Shown here: positions 25,414-37,049 of the stretch, piece by piece
Layout of the letters: every line of letters starts with the position of its first letter
Position numbering within the stretch: position 1 is the stretch's first letter
DNA from: Heteronotia binoei
Lineage: Eukaryota
DNA length: 64,000 nt
Assembly (NCBI RefSeq): GCF_032191835.1
Contig: NC_083225.1
Span: forward strand, 70,804,001 to 70,868,000
Reading direction: 5' to 3'
Position numbers and translations under genes: made by a program
Notes under the pieces: model-generated
What the model was told of the DNA's origin: nothing
The model's input: only the letters and a program-made list of their open reading frames with translations
The model's database searches: none

Positions 25414-25636
25414 GTCATCTTTAGCCATATGTTTGTTTTTTAAAAAATAAACTCCAAAACATTGGAAAGGCAAGATTTTCCTTTGCAAATGCTATGCTAA
25501 TCTTTCTTGAATAAGAGCTGTTCTTCTATATGCCTAACAATCCTGACTTTTTACTTGGAAAAGACTTCGTGGTAATTTCCTGTTTCCCCTTCAATCCTTT
25601 AAACAAGCAAACATTAACTTTGCTGCTTGCCAATCC

Positions 25637-25810
25637 TCAGAAAGGAGAGGAAGAAGACCGCAGATTTATACCCCGCCCTTCTCTCTGAATCAGAGACTCA
25701 GAGCAGTTTACAATCTCCTATATCTTCTCCCCCCACAACAGACACCCTGTGAGGTGGGTGGGGCTGAGAGGGCTCTCACAGCATCTGCCCTTTCAAGGAC
25801 AACTCCTGCA
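25637..25810 (-). mobile_element. 5'-truncated Squam2-like SINE
   Basis: Reverse complement aligns to 7215-7384. Confidence 0.75.
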
Positions 25811-26304
25811 GATTTTACTGAAGGAGGCAGATTTTACTGAAAAGTTGCAATTTTTAATTGGGAAATCAGTAGTTTCACATCTGAGTGCTGTATGAACTAC
25901 TGAATGTTCCAGGCACATTGACTTGTTACTTTTTAATTTATCGGTTAGCATAGAAATATTGTCCCTTCTATTTGTCTCACTTCTTCAAAAATAGCAGTTC
26001 AGGTACAGGTATCAAGTCCCGTGAATTTGAATCTTACTAGGCATGTAATAAAATAGGTGAGAATAAAATAGTTGGGTTCTGAAGTTATACAATTCATAGT
26101 ACAGTCACAGAATCACATCTTAATGCTCTTCTGTATAAACAGCTCCTTATGTGTTCAGTAATTTAACACATTAAAAGGAAATGTTCACATATCCATTTTT
26201 TTATATAGTAATTATTTACTTTCAGGGAACTGTTTAACTTGGAGAATACTTAAATAGTATGTTTCCTCCCTGCCTGAAGTGGTTCAGTTCAGAATTCTAC
26301 CACT

Positions 26305-26425
26305 TCATGGGCACCATCTTTTGGGGCTCATAGAATTGGACCCCCTGGTCCAATCGTTTTGAAACTTGGGGGGGTATTTTGGGGAGAGGGGGATCCCCTG
26401 CCCCCACCTGGGGATTGGTAACCCC
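26305..26425. mobile_element. Internally deleted hAT MITE piece
   Basis: gggcaccatctttttggggctcatagaattggaccccctggtccaatcgttttgaaacttgggggg matches 45381-45450; ends ttggtaacccca (TIR-like). Confidence 0.75.
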
Positions 26426-26429
26426 AGGT

Positions 26430-27203
26430 AAGGGCAGCTTGTCCTTTAAATCTGAAACCCCGCCTCCGGCAGGCGGCCATGAGAAAGAGCGAGAGAGCAA
26501 AGTGAGAAAGATCATGTTGGTTGCAAAAAAAAAAAACCAGGACCGGGTGGAGGAGGAGGGGGGGCAGCCCCACAACAGGCCTAAGAGCGACGCCCCCTCG
26601 GGCTTTGCACCCCACACACACTGCTGCAATGCCATCTCTGCCTCCCCCCCCAGCCGCTCCGTGCAAACAAACGGAAAAAAACACGCCTGCCTTGCTCCTG
26701 CATTTGCAAAGCCCCGGCATTGCAAAGGCGTGACCCGCCGAGGAGGGCACTTCTTTCTCCCCCTGCCTCTTTTTTTGCAATGCTTTTTTTTTCTTTCTTG
26801 CTGTACCCACCTATTTCCTCAGGCCCCAGGAGGGCGGGAAAAGGGGGTTGCAAAGCTCGGCCCTGTTGCGAGGAGGAGGAGGCGCATTTGGCTGCCTCTG
26901 CTTTGGGTGGGGGACGGGTTGCGCCAGGAGGCTGTCTCCTCCCACCCCCAGGTCAAGGCAAGGCACTGGCAGCGTCGGCCAACCTTCCCTCCCACCCCCA
27001 GCCTGGAGCCGGGGAAAGAGGCGGCGGCCCGCTGCGCTGCTGCCGCCTCTTCTCGCCTTCACCTTAGCAGCTGCTGCTCCTCCGAGATGGGCTCAGCAGC
27101 CTCCGAAGGACTCGCGGCTCGCCATGCTCCTTGGTTTCCAGTGTGTCAGCCAAATTGCCTCGCGTGTCACCAGTGACACGCATGTCATAGGTTCGCCATC
27201 ATG
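26430..27203. mobile_element. CpG-rich segment ending in a Charlie-like hAT TIR
   Basis: The right end reverse complement ccatgatggcgaacctatgacatgcgtgtc resembles the CAGTGATGGCGAACCTATGACACGCGTGTC hAT terminus; no left TIR found. Confidence 0.5.
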
Positions 27204-28469
27204 GGAGTAAACTGTACTTCTGTACAACCATGGAGACATGCACGAGTTCTGCCTTTGCTTATTGCACCATTTCCCCCTTTCCATTTCCTTTGTGTTTCCA
27301 TGGAATATGCAAAGAGCACTGACCAGTAGCACAAAAGATGAACAGCATATATTCTTTGCTGACTTGTGTATATATGGTGATTTGTTAATAAAACATGTCC
27401 AAGGCTCCATGGGCAATACTGCTCCTTCTTTAAATTAATGTATTGCAACAGGAAATGAAACCTAATTACCAGTGACTCATGTTCCCCAAGACAAAAATAC
27501 AAATAGCATGGTTGTACAGTTTTTTAAAATCTCCACTTGGTGATTTCACTGTTATGTTATTATGTGGACTTTATGCACACTTAATTGTCTATCCCCTTGG
27601 AATTCAATTTAAAGTTGAGACATTGTGCACGACTTTAGAAAATTGGTGTCTTTATTCATGTCCAGTGGAGAAGTAATTTTGAGGATTTGCTTGAGCTAAT
27701 TTATGTTGTACATAGAGAGGCAAACTATATTAAAACCAGAAGCAATTAATCAAAGCATAATTAACATTAATGTTGTCTATTGCATAAACAGTTGTTCTAT
27801 TCAGTTTCTCATTATGTATCATGATCTCACAAGGGCATGGCTCTTCTTTAATTAGTAAAGAAATGTTCATTAGACTTTGTTACAGCCCTGGCCATTTTTA
27901 ACCTCAAGGCTAAATTCATGGTGCATAATAATATTCTAAAACAAATATCACTGCTCAGCTACAAACCACATTAAAATGAATTCCGTAATTAAACAAACTG
28001 TGAATACTTGACTTGGCTTTGGCAGTAGGGAAACATGAAACCAAGGTTGTGGCTTTGTCAGACTTTTGTAGAAAAGAAGTCCTCTGTAGGTGTGGAAGTG
28101 TGGGGAAAGCTTCTCACTATGAAATCACAGTTCTAACTCACCACGCTTTTATTGTGAACAGATCCCACACCATTCAGAAATATATGAGTTAAGAGATATG
28201 CACCCCCCAAAAATGACATTTTGCATTGGGTTTATTTTCTTCCTTAAAATACTATTTGTTTTAGTTATTATTACATACATGTTATTTATTCTATCATTTA
28301 TTTCAAATTTCTGGCTTTTGTTTTCCACTCAGCTGGGACAAAATTTTCAGGTCCAAATATCAAGCAGATAGTACAAACAATCCCATTTCATAAGCAACTA
28401 AAAGCAAAACAGATTTCTAGTTAGACCATTTCCATTCTAGACACAACCAGTTTTTGAAAATGCTTGGTA

Positions 28470-28544
28470 CACTTTAAGAACATAGGAATATAAGAGAAGC
28501 CATCTTGGATCAGGCCAATGGCCCATCCAGTCCAACACTCTGTG
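28470..28544 (-). mobile_element. CR1 3' end abutting the assembly gap
   Basis: Reverse complement matches 47155-47220 (cacagagtgttggactggatgggccattggcctgatc...cttctctta). Confidence 0.8.
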
Positions 28545-28758
28545 NNNNNNNNNNNNNNNNNNNNNNNNNNNNNNNNNNNNNNNNNNNNNNNNNNNNNNNN
28601 NNNNNNNNNNNNNNNNNNNNNNNNNNNNNNNNNNNNNNNNNNNNNNNNNNNNNNNNNNNNNNNNNNNNNNNNNNNNNNNNNNNNNNNNNNNNNNNNNNNN
28701 NNNNNNNNNNNNNNNNNNNNNNNNNNNNNNNNNNNNNNNNNNNNNNNNNNNNNNNNNN
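28545..28758. other. Assembly gap (214 N)
   Basis: Run of n. Confidence 1.
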
Positions 28759-30077
28759 ACAGAGTAGCAACAGATAATATCAAAGCAACTTTTAGGCACA
28801 TTTACTTTTATTGACAAAGTTCTTTGCATGATGAGGAAAATTAGCCCTTCTTAGAGCACTGAGACATCAGAACAATAGACAGAAAACTGAGCACATAAAT
28901 GTATCAGAACAGAGCTTTTTTTCTGGGGGTGACGCAGCAGAATGTAATTCTGGAACCTCCTTGTGGAAACAAAATTCTTTTTAAAATGTTTAAAAGTTGA
29001 TGAGAGGAACCTGTGTGTTTCTCCTTTGTTTCCCTCTTGAGAATTCCAGCATCTCAAAAAAAAAAAAAAAGCCCAGAGAAAAATCCTTTCTGGGTGTGAG
29101 ATCAACATTCTCTGCCAGTTAAACAATGTCCTTGTCATTTCACTATCTGCAGATTCATTTTCCCTTTCTTCTCCCACTGCCCTCAATCAGTGAAAGAACA
29201 TCGGCAAGGATTAATTACTGTTTCTGATTATGTGACAGCTGAAGAGATACGCAATATGAGCATGTAGCAATAGAAAATCACTACCTGTCACTCTGCTGTC
29301 TCTCATCAAGCTTTGCAAAGGCACAGGAGCCTTGCTGGTACAAGAAAATCAATAATTCCATTCATCTGAGTTGGTTTCAGAACTCATACCATCACGTTCA
29401 ATGAAAGTTTTGAGTTCTTGAGAGATGCTTTCCACCCTGTTGGTCACCTCACTTATCTTCAGACTGAGATTCTTAGTAGATGAGATACCAAGGAACCTCA
29501 AATACTGATGCCAGTTTGGTAGGCATGGGACTCAAACCTTGCCTTCTATTTCCTATTTCAAGATTTCTCCCCCCTGGACACCAGACAGGTCACAGCATTG
29601 CCTCCTGAGAAACTATGAAGTGTAGCTTCCATTCTTGCTTGTTCAAATGGCTCCCATCATTTTTTCTTGCTAGAAACTGATTTTGTTTCCTCATGTACAT
29701 ATCGTTCCCACAGTGGAACTTGAAACCTTCACCTGGGAAGAAGAACACATAGGGAAGTGCTGTGTCCTCTTCCAGGCAACAAAGTTTTGTCTTGTGTGAA
29801 GGCAGGGGTAGAGAGTGGATTAAATAACAACATCAAGGTTTCCTTCCATCAACATTTGCTAACTGATCTCCACACATGGGCAATATGGGGGCCTAGTCAA
29901 GAATGATGATGTATTCGGAGCGTGACAATTATGCTTCTACAGACTTTGTGGGAATGACAATCATCACTGCTTATGTAGCTTTCTTTTCTGCTGTTATTAT
30001 TGCCCTATGGGAAAGCAAAGAATATCAGCTATGCCAGTTCTGATTTATCAGCCATCTTACAATGTACCTCCCAAGAG

Positions 30078-32265
30078 CAGCCCAATCCAGACATAAGTGG
30101 TGGCCAGCTGTGGTGTAGCTGGCGTGCCACAAGGAAGGCGAGGCAGCCAGAGGGGAGGACCAGCCCCCCCATTGGCCAGTCCTGGCGCATGCACCGTGGC
30201 TCATGACAGTCAGGGATGGGGAGAGGCGGCCCCAGAGAGGCTGATAACCATCCCCAACCCACCCTCAAACGGAGAACGGAGCCAATGATGGGCAGACAAT
30301 CACAGGCAAAGGAGAGACGTCCCACCAACACGGGGAGGGAACAGGTGTGAGGCTAGGCATGCGCACATGAGAAGACTGGCTTGGTGGTGAGACAGGGGTG
30401 GGGGTGATACAGGACTGCATGGGACCACGGAGAAGCCATCAATCCCTTCACACCCTCTCGCTGTCAGAGATTCTGCCAATGGCAGGCAGAGAAGCAGGAA
30501 GTACCAAGTGCAGGAGTTTGCTGTCATAGACAGCGGCTGGAATGTGTGTCTGGGAGTGAGCAGCCCAGCAGCAGACGCCCCCCCACCCAGAGACCCCCTG
30601 TGTTGCCCTGACGCCCCCTACCATGTGCATGGAACACCTCCCTCAGGGGCCGTGGAACTCAGAGTGCGAGTGCATCAGCCACAGAACTCTGAGTCCACTT
30701 CATCAGCCCCCCCCCTAGTGCCCTGCACACAACAGCCCTGTGGGGTCAGGTAGGCTGTCAGCCTGAGCAGGCTGAGGGGTGGACCTCCCCTCCCCTGTCC
30801 AGCCACACGGGGGGCAGCGTGGTGGCTCATAGACTTTTCCCCCCAAAAAACCAAGTCTGTCCACCCTCCTAGGCATTCCCTCAGAGAGACCACTGATTGG
30901 GGGGGGGTCACCCAGGGAACGTGCAGCAGATGCCAAGCAGCAGAGGCAACAGAGGGCACAGCTCAGACTTTATTTTTCCAGAACAGAGTGTAACAATCTC
31001 CCTGGCGTGCACTGGCAGTCTCGCCATGGGCGGGGCTCCATTCCGAACAGTGGGTAGAAACAGCTGAGGGAGTGGAGAGGTGGTGGAGCGACACACGCGG
31101 AAGCCTCTGTGTTGCAGTCCCACCTGCAAAACAGAGATAGAGATCAAGAGCACCTGCAGGGGTGGTGGCTGGAAAAGCAGGCTGCATTTCAGCCCGGCAC
31201 TCTCTTAAAGGGACAGTCTCTGACCCACCTCCCCGCAACAAGGCAGCTGCCACACACACACACCCCATGCCCTGCCATGGGTTGGGAACGCAGCAGAGGG
31301 CAGACCAAGGGAAGGGAGCAGGCGGCAGCACAGGGGAGTGGGGTCAGCAAATGCCCCCTGCCGGAGCCCACTGCCTGGTTCAAGTGCCAAAGATGCTCGC
31401 ACACCAAGTGGTCGAGAGTGAGGGGAGGGGGAGGAGGGTGGGGGGGATAGTGGAACTTACCCAGCCATGGGCAACAGTCCTTGCATGCAGAGCCTCCGGG
31501 AGCCCGGAACCTGTGGAGACCTGGAAACAAGAGCAGTTAGCCCCAGAGAGAGACCTCTCTCTCCCTTGCAAATCAAAGATACTGTTAAAGCACCCGCGCG
31601 TTGCAAAACCTGTCACTAGCATGCCTGCCTGTACCTCTAAGTCTGTATGGCCGGGAGTTCACCGGCAGAACTTCCTGCCACGCGCTCCTCTCCCTAACAA
31701 CTGAGCTGTGCGAGTCCAGAGCAGAAGTATTTCTAGGAGGGGGGAGACTGCGATTGGGTGCTGGGGAAGGGGCTCATCAGTCCAAGGCACGAGGGGATTG
31801 GCGAGGCAATCATGCCGCTCCCTAAGGGGTTTGCAAACTTCTGCAGCGGTGCAGGTGACCTTTGTTTTTTGTTTCAATGAATGCCTATGGGACACACTGC
31901 TATTTTTGCTGGCATAAAGTTGCGCCTCTTGGGGGTCGTGTCATGGGCCAAACTGCTCAGGAAGCTGCCTAAGCCTGGCCACGCCCCCAACTCCACCCCC
32001 TTCTCTGCCTGAACGCTGCGCTCTACAGTGGATTGCGGGATATAAATCCAATATCTTCTTCTCACTTCCGTCCAAGCTCAGGCGCAGCCCTCAGGCACTG
32101 CTGCCCTCGGGCGGAGCAGTGCTCAGGCGGCCCCCCACCCACATAACTCCCCCCACTGTGGCAGCGCCAGTCGTACGTCAGTGCAAATCCTTCCTGCGCC
32201 CACGTAGTGGCTAGTCTGCTCCCAAAAGTCTTTCCACACACACCCTCACTCTAGATTGTGCTGTT
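30078..32265. mobile_element. GC/CpG-rich ~2.2-kb element, possibly a PIF/Harbinger-type non-autonomous transposon
   Basis: Sharp GC rise against AT-rich flanks; short candidate TIRs cagcccaatcc / agattgtgctg(tta); internal splice-signal remnants; a SINE tail fragment at ~32022-32062. No recognisable transposase motif. Confidence 0.35.
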
Positions 32266-34340
32266 AGTCATCTAACTGAAATAGTTCTAGGTGATTCAGA
32301 CTAAAGAAGTTACACTGGCTTGGATCTAATGTTGCATGAATAGAAAGGAAAATCTGAGTGTGTTGTGTGTGTGTGTGCTTAGTAGCATCCCTATGTATTA
32401 ATGACCTCCAAAATATCATCTTATCATTGGCAGCCTACCTCAGGTCTTGAAAACTGAATGCCATGGCTCCCTTTATTGAGTCAATCCATCTCATGGTAGG
32501 TCTTTCTACTGCTTTCAACAAGGAAAATCTACCTAGTACAATTCAGTTTGTGCAAGCAATAGTTCAATGGCAGCAGAAACACATAGCACTTTAATATTAT
32601 TTTAAGTGAAACTGAACAAGAGCGATGGAATGTTGCACAGATAATCCACATGATTTAATTTAATTTGTTCTTGATGCTGCTGCTGAAGAAATATGTTGTG
32701 CTGTGGCTTGAGCACAGAGTGAATATTATGGAAATAATTCCTTTCATTTAGTACAAGCAGAGTAATAATGTTAGTGCTTCCAATTGGGCAAGGACTGTTG
32801 TGGACATGGAAATCTTTCAATTAATCCAACCTACTGTTGTTATACTGTGCATATTAGAAGGCATAGAGCAGAAGGGAGATTCTATGGGAAATTGGTGGGG
32901 GGAGATCTGAAGAGAAAGAAGCCACAACACTGCATTCTAGTAGTAAATATAGTAGAACAATGTCTTAGAAGATTTATGAATTGATGAAGGACATTTCATC
33001 AAATGTATCTATGTTAACACTCAGGAAATGGAGGAGGATGAAGAGATTACCAAATCCATCCTCCCCGGCATGCCAAGCAAACATTGAGCAATCACTCAGC
33101 AAAGGTAAGGGGAAAAGGTGACAATGGAGAGAAGAAAACTTTTAAGAACAGTGCATTTGAACAGAAATCTGATTTGAGGAGGGATGTGTGTGATACCTAA
33201 CAGTTTAAAAATAATTCATTGTCTAGCAACTGCAAAAATATAATAGCTGAATGCTGAAAAGTATATATTTATTGAGAAATTTATATTTCATTTTTTTATT
33301 CTAGGAATAATCAAGGCAGTTTAATAAAACAGAAAATACATTAGATTAAAACATTAAACCAGTAAACAAATAGCATGCTATAATAAAATTTAAAATAATA
33401 TAAATACAACTGTAAAAATAAACATTACTACGTGACTTTCATATTATGTCAACCATCAGTTTTCAACAGTGGGTTGGATCCAGTGGTAAATTCTCAATAA
33501 ACGAAGAGGATACCATTTTTGCTGATTTCTCCTTCTCCTGCAGACTCCCCCCATTCTACCCTCATGTTGTTCCTGAGGGTCTACTGTTCTCCAGAAGTAA
33601 TGTTTGGGGGAGCCTTTTATGCTACAGCAGGAGGGAAAAGGAGAACATGTCCTTCCATTAGCAGAAATTACTATGGAACCCAACCTAATATATTAATGAA
33701 AGAAGAAGAGGCAATTATTCTCTCCAAACTGAATCATAGCTAGCTTGAAATATCTCAGACAAGATATGCCTTTCAGATTTATTTCTATAAGCAATGGGTT
33801 AAATAGAAGGTGGTGGTTATGTGTAATTTTTCACTAAAAGCAGTTTGGTATCTCATGTGTGGAATTACTAGGAATCTTCTGTGCTAATCAAGTAGGATTC
33901 CTATACAAAAAATACTTCACATTTGATTGCTGCTGCCTGTTCTTTTGCACGTACACTTCTTTAAAATAAGGAAAATTCCTTAAGTATTTGGATGGGAAAA
34001 GATAATGTAATTTCTCTACTATAGAAAAATGTTCAATATTACATTAGCAGAACTCCTGAGTAAACTGAATGAAAATTACTGTGGCTGGTACTCCCTTTCT
34101 GATCCTGAACAACCAGAATTCCATATATTCTGTAATTAACAAAATTTAAACTACATTATTTAGATTTTTGAAGGCATCAGAGCAAACCTCTCTCTTTCAC
34201 CTAAAACTCCAGTGAGAAAAGAGCCGCCCTGAGCCTGCCTCCGGCAGGGGAGAGCAAAATATAAAAATAAATTTATTATTATTATTATTAAAATCTGTAC
34301 AGTTTCTTGTGTAATCTGAACTGACAATAATTTATTCCAG

Positions 34341-34412
34341 CAATCTGCATACAGTCTCAATCAGTAATGTCCAGTCATACCTGCTAGTTGCAAGCAGCAA
34401 TCTTATCAACTG
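34341..34412 (+). CDS. Candidate internal exon of an unidentified gene (72 nt)
   Basis: Branch-like ctgac, acceptor tttattccag, donor TG|gtgagt; only one open frame (NLHTVSISNVQSYLLVASSNLIN, phase 2/2); product not recognised. Confidence 0.3.
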
Positions 34413-34619
34413 GTGAGTTGTTTGTATGCATCTGAGCAAATTTAGGTGTATCCACTTCACACTATTACAGTTGTTTCTCACATAACGACACTGATTTCTC
34501 ACAGCAACCACCATCTTCTATTTATGTGCCACTGTCACTGTCTCCAGTTTACAAAATACACATAGTTAAGGGGAAAGAAATTGGTTTGAAATTTTTGAAT
34601 TGAGACTTACTACTTAGGT

Positions 34620-34953
34620 CAGGGGTGCCCAATACGGTGCCTAACACACTTCTTGGTACCTGCCAAGTTGGGGGGGGGGGGTGAGGTTTAAAAAAGAAAA
34701 TGGGGAAGGCCAGGTGTGGCTGTTGCCCAACAAGGCTTCTGATTGGCCAAAGGAGGTTTGACTGTGTAGATTTTTAAAAACATTGCATTGGAAGGAGCTG
34801 CCATTACAGCACAAGGTAAGCTGCAGCAGCAATTTTGTTACTCTCTCCACATCCTACAGGAGCCATTTTGTGGTAGCTATTATGTGGCTGTGCCCACCAT
34901 ACTGCATCAGAATTCCAAATGTGCCCACAGGCTCAAAAAGGTTGGCCCCCCTG
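34620..34953. mobile_element. hAT (Charlie-like) MITE
   Basis: TIRs CAGGGGTGCCCAA...GTTGGCCCCCCTG; TSD acttaggt/gcttaggt. Confidence 0.8.
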
Positions 34954-36186
34954 GCTTAGGTACTTCCTTGTGCTTTTAGTGTCTCCCCAGAAAGCTAGCT
35001 AATCTTGTGATCAGTCCTTGTAATCACTCCTCAAATAGATGTTGTTGACTGTTCAGACAAGAGGAAAAGAGGCATTCCAGCTGAGGTTGATCATGAAAAG
35101 GATGCATCTGACAGCACAGGTGCAAAGAAGGAACCAACAATTCTGTGCTTTACAATATTAGTACAATACAATTTAAGTACCCTACCATGATCACAGGAAA
35201 ATATGTCTCTGTTAATTCACCAGTAATCTCAGACTGGGAAAAAACATCTGCAAGCTACAGCCACCTAGTTCTCTAGCACAAAAATCTACTACCCAGGAGC
35301 AAAACTGCTCAGCATCAGGCTTCATCTTTTCAGTAATCAGTACATGCACTGCTGTTAATACTATTAAAAAATTCCACTGAGTTCAATGGGGCTTCATCCC
35401 CTTTTGGTGGTTGCACTCTTTTCTGTCTAACTAGACAGAAAATTTCCACTGAAAGTGCAGAATCAACTGAGTGGAATATATCTTGTGCGGTTCTGTTCTC
35501 TCACCCATGCACCTTAATAATATATATGAGGCCAATGAATGAAATTGTCCAGAGCTTTGGGGTGAGTGTCATCAATATGCAGATGACACCTAGCTCTATA
35601 TTCATTATCCAAGCCTCCAGATGTATCTGCCTTGGTTCTGATTCTGAGTACAGTATTTGTCATTACCTGCTACACTAGGTTTACATTAAGCTCATTCCCT
35701 ATCCTGTTCTTTCCCCACTTTTTTCCTCCCCCCCCTTTTTTTCCCCATTCTTCGTTCTTCTTTTATAATATATATAATTTTCTTGTTAAACTGTAAAACT
35801 GCTTTGGATTTAATATGTCATTTCTTTGTACATTGTGAGCCCTTCTGGTATTATATGTTTTATGTATACCTTTATTTTATTTTGTATATACCTTTATTTT
35901 ATTTTGTATATACATTATAAAGAAAAAACAATAAAATGATAAATGATAAATTTTATACATGCACACACAAAACTATGACTTCATCATCTGCACCCCATAG
36001 ACAATATATACTACCACCCTCTACAGAATATTTGGACTTATAAACTAGGAACCAACTGACTGCTAACCACTAATGAATTTTACTAAAACTGTTATTAATT
36101 AATTTATCTGATTTTTAGTCAATTAATTAATGATTGATTATGTATAATATATTTATATATTAATTTATATATATATATATATATAT

Positions 36187-37030
36187 AGGCTGCCAATTAC
36201 CTACCGAGTCCAGTACAAAGTGTTGGTTATTACCTTTAAAGCCCTATATGGCCGAGGACCAGCCTACCTAAGGGACCGTCTCTCCCCATATGAACCCCAG
36301 AGGGCACTGAGGTCGATGGGCAAAAATAAATTGACTATCCCTGGGCCTATGAACCTATGAAGCTGCCTTATACTGAACCAGACCCTTGGTCCATCAAAGT
36401 CAGTATTGTCTTCTCAGACTGGCAGCGGCTCTCCAGGGTCTCAGGCGGAGGTTTTCCACACCTATTTGCCTGGACCCTTTTTTGGAGATGTCGGGGATTG
36501 AACCTGGGACCTTCTGCTTCCCAAGCAGATGCTCTACCACTGAGCCACTGTCCCTCCCCTAAGAGGCCGAGAGAGGGCCGAGAGAGGTCAAACTTCAAAA
36601 CATCAGAACTCGGGCCTTCTCAGCCGCGGCTCCTGTACTGTGGAATCAGCTTCCGGAGGAAGTGCGGGCCCTGCGGAACCTTGACCAGTTCCGCGGGGCC
36701 TGCAAGACCGCTCTTTTTAGACAAGCCTATGCTGATATCTGCTGAGTTGCTAAGAATAAGGAGCCGCCATCTACTATACGACTATGGAACCATCTAAACT
36801 GGCAGAACCAGCGCCAAACAAGTTCATTGCTGCCAGATTTATTCTATGTAATGAATCATGTATTTTAATTATTTTAACCTAATTAACTGGTTTTTATGTT
36901 TAATTTCTTTAATTGTTAAATTTTAAAGTTTTATCTTTGTTAAATATGTGAAATGTTGTTAGCCGCCCTGAGCCGCCTAGGCGGGGAGGGCGGGATATAA
37001 ATGTAAATATAAATAAAAATATAAAAAATA
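36187..37030 (+). mobile_element. 5'-truncated L2 LINE 3' part, interrupted by a SINE
   Basis: ggctgccaattacctaccgagtccagtacaaagtgttgg... aligns to 39970-40290; 3' end gttgttagccgccctgagccgcctaggcggggagggcgggatataaat. Confidence 0.9.
36348..36559 (-). mobile_element. tRNA-derived SINE (Squam3-like)
   Basis: Reverse complement ggggagggacagtggctcagtggtagagcatctgcttgggaagcagaaggtcccaggttcaatccc (A and B boxes) with a CR1-like tail ttcagtataaggcagcttcatag; degenerate copy at ~50972-51160. Confidence 0.85.
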
Positions 37031-37049
37031 TCTATATTTATAAAATTTT

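Noticed and set aside
26297-27176. Long ORFs (142-265 aa) on both strands
   Set aside because: Low-complexity products from GC-rich repeat sequence; they begin inside a hAT fragment and contain no known motif
28421-28829. ORFs of 86-130 aa
   Set aside because: Artefacts of translating through Ns
29280-29740. Minus-strand acceptor (~29733) and a coiled-coil-like peptide NLSLKISEVTNRVESISQELKTF
   Set aside because: The frames do not join and contain stops; possibly decayed L1 ORF1, but not supportable
34990-35190. Open frame ...DKRKRGIPAEVDHEKDASDSTG...
   Set aside because: Poor donor site and no recognisable homology
36500-36559. tRNA gene (also 7101-7160)
   Set aside because: Only A/B-box heads continuing into SINE bodies; no complete cloverleaf
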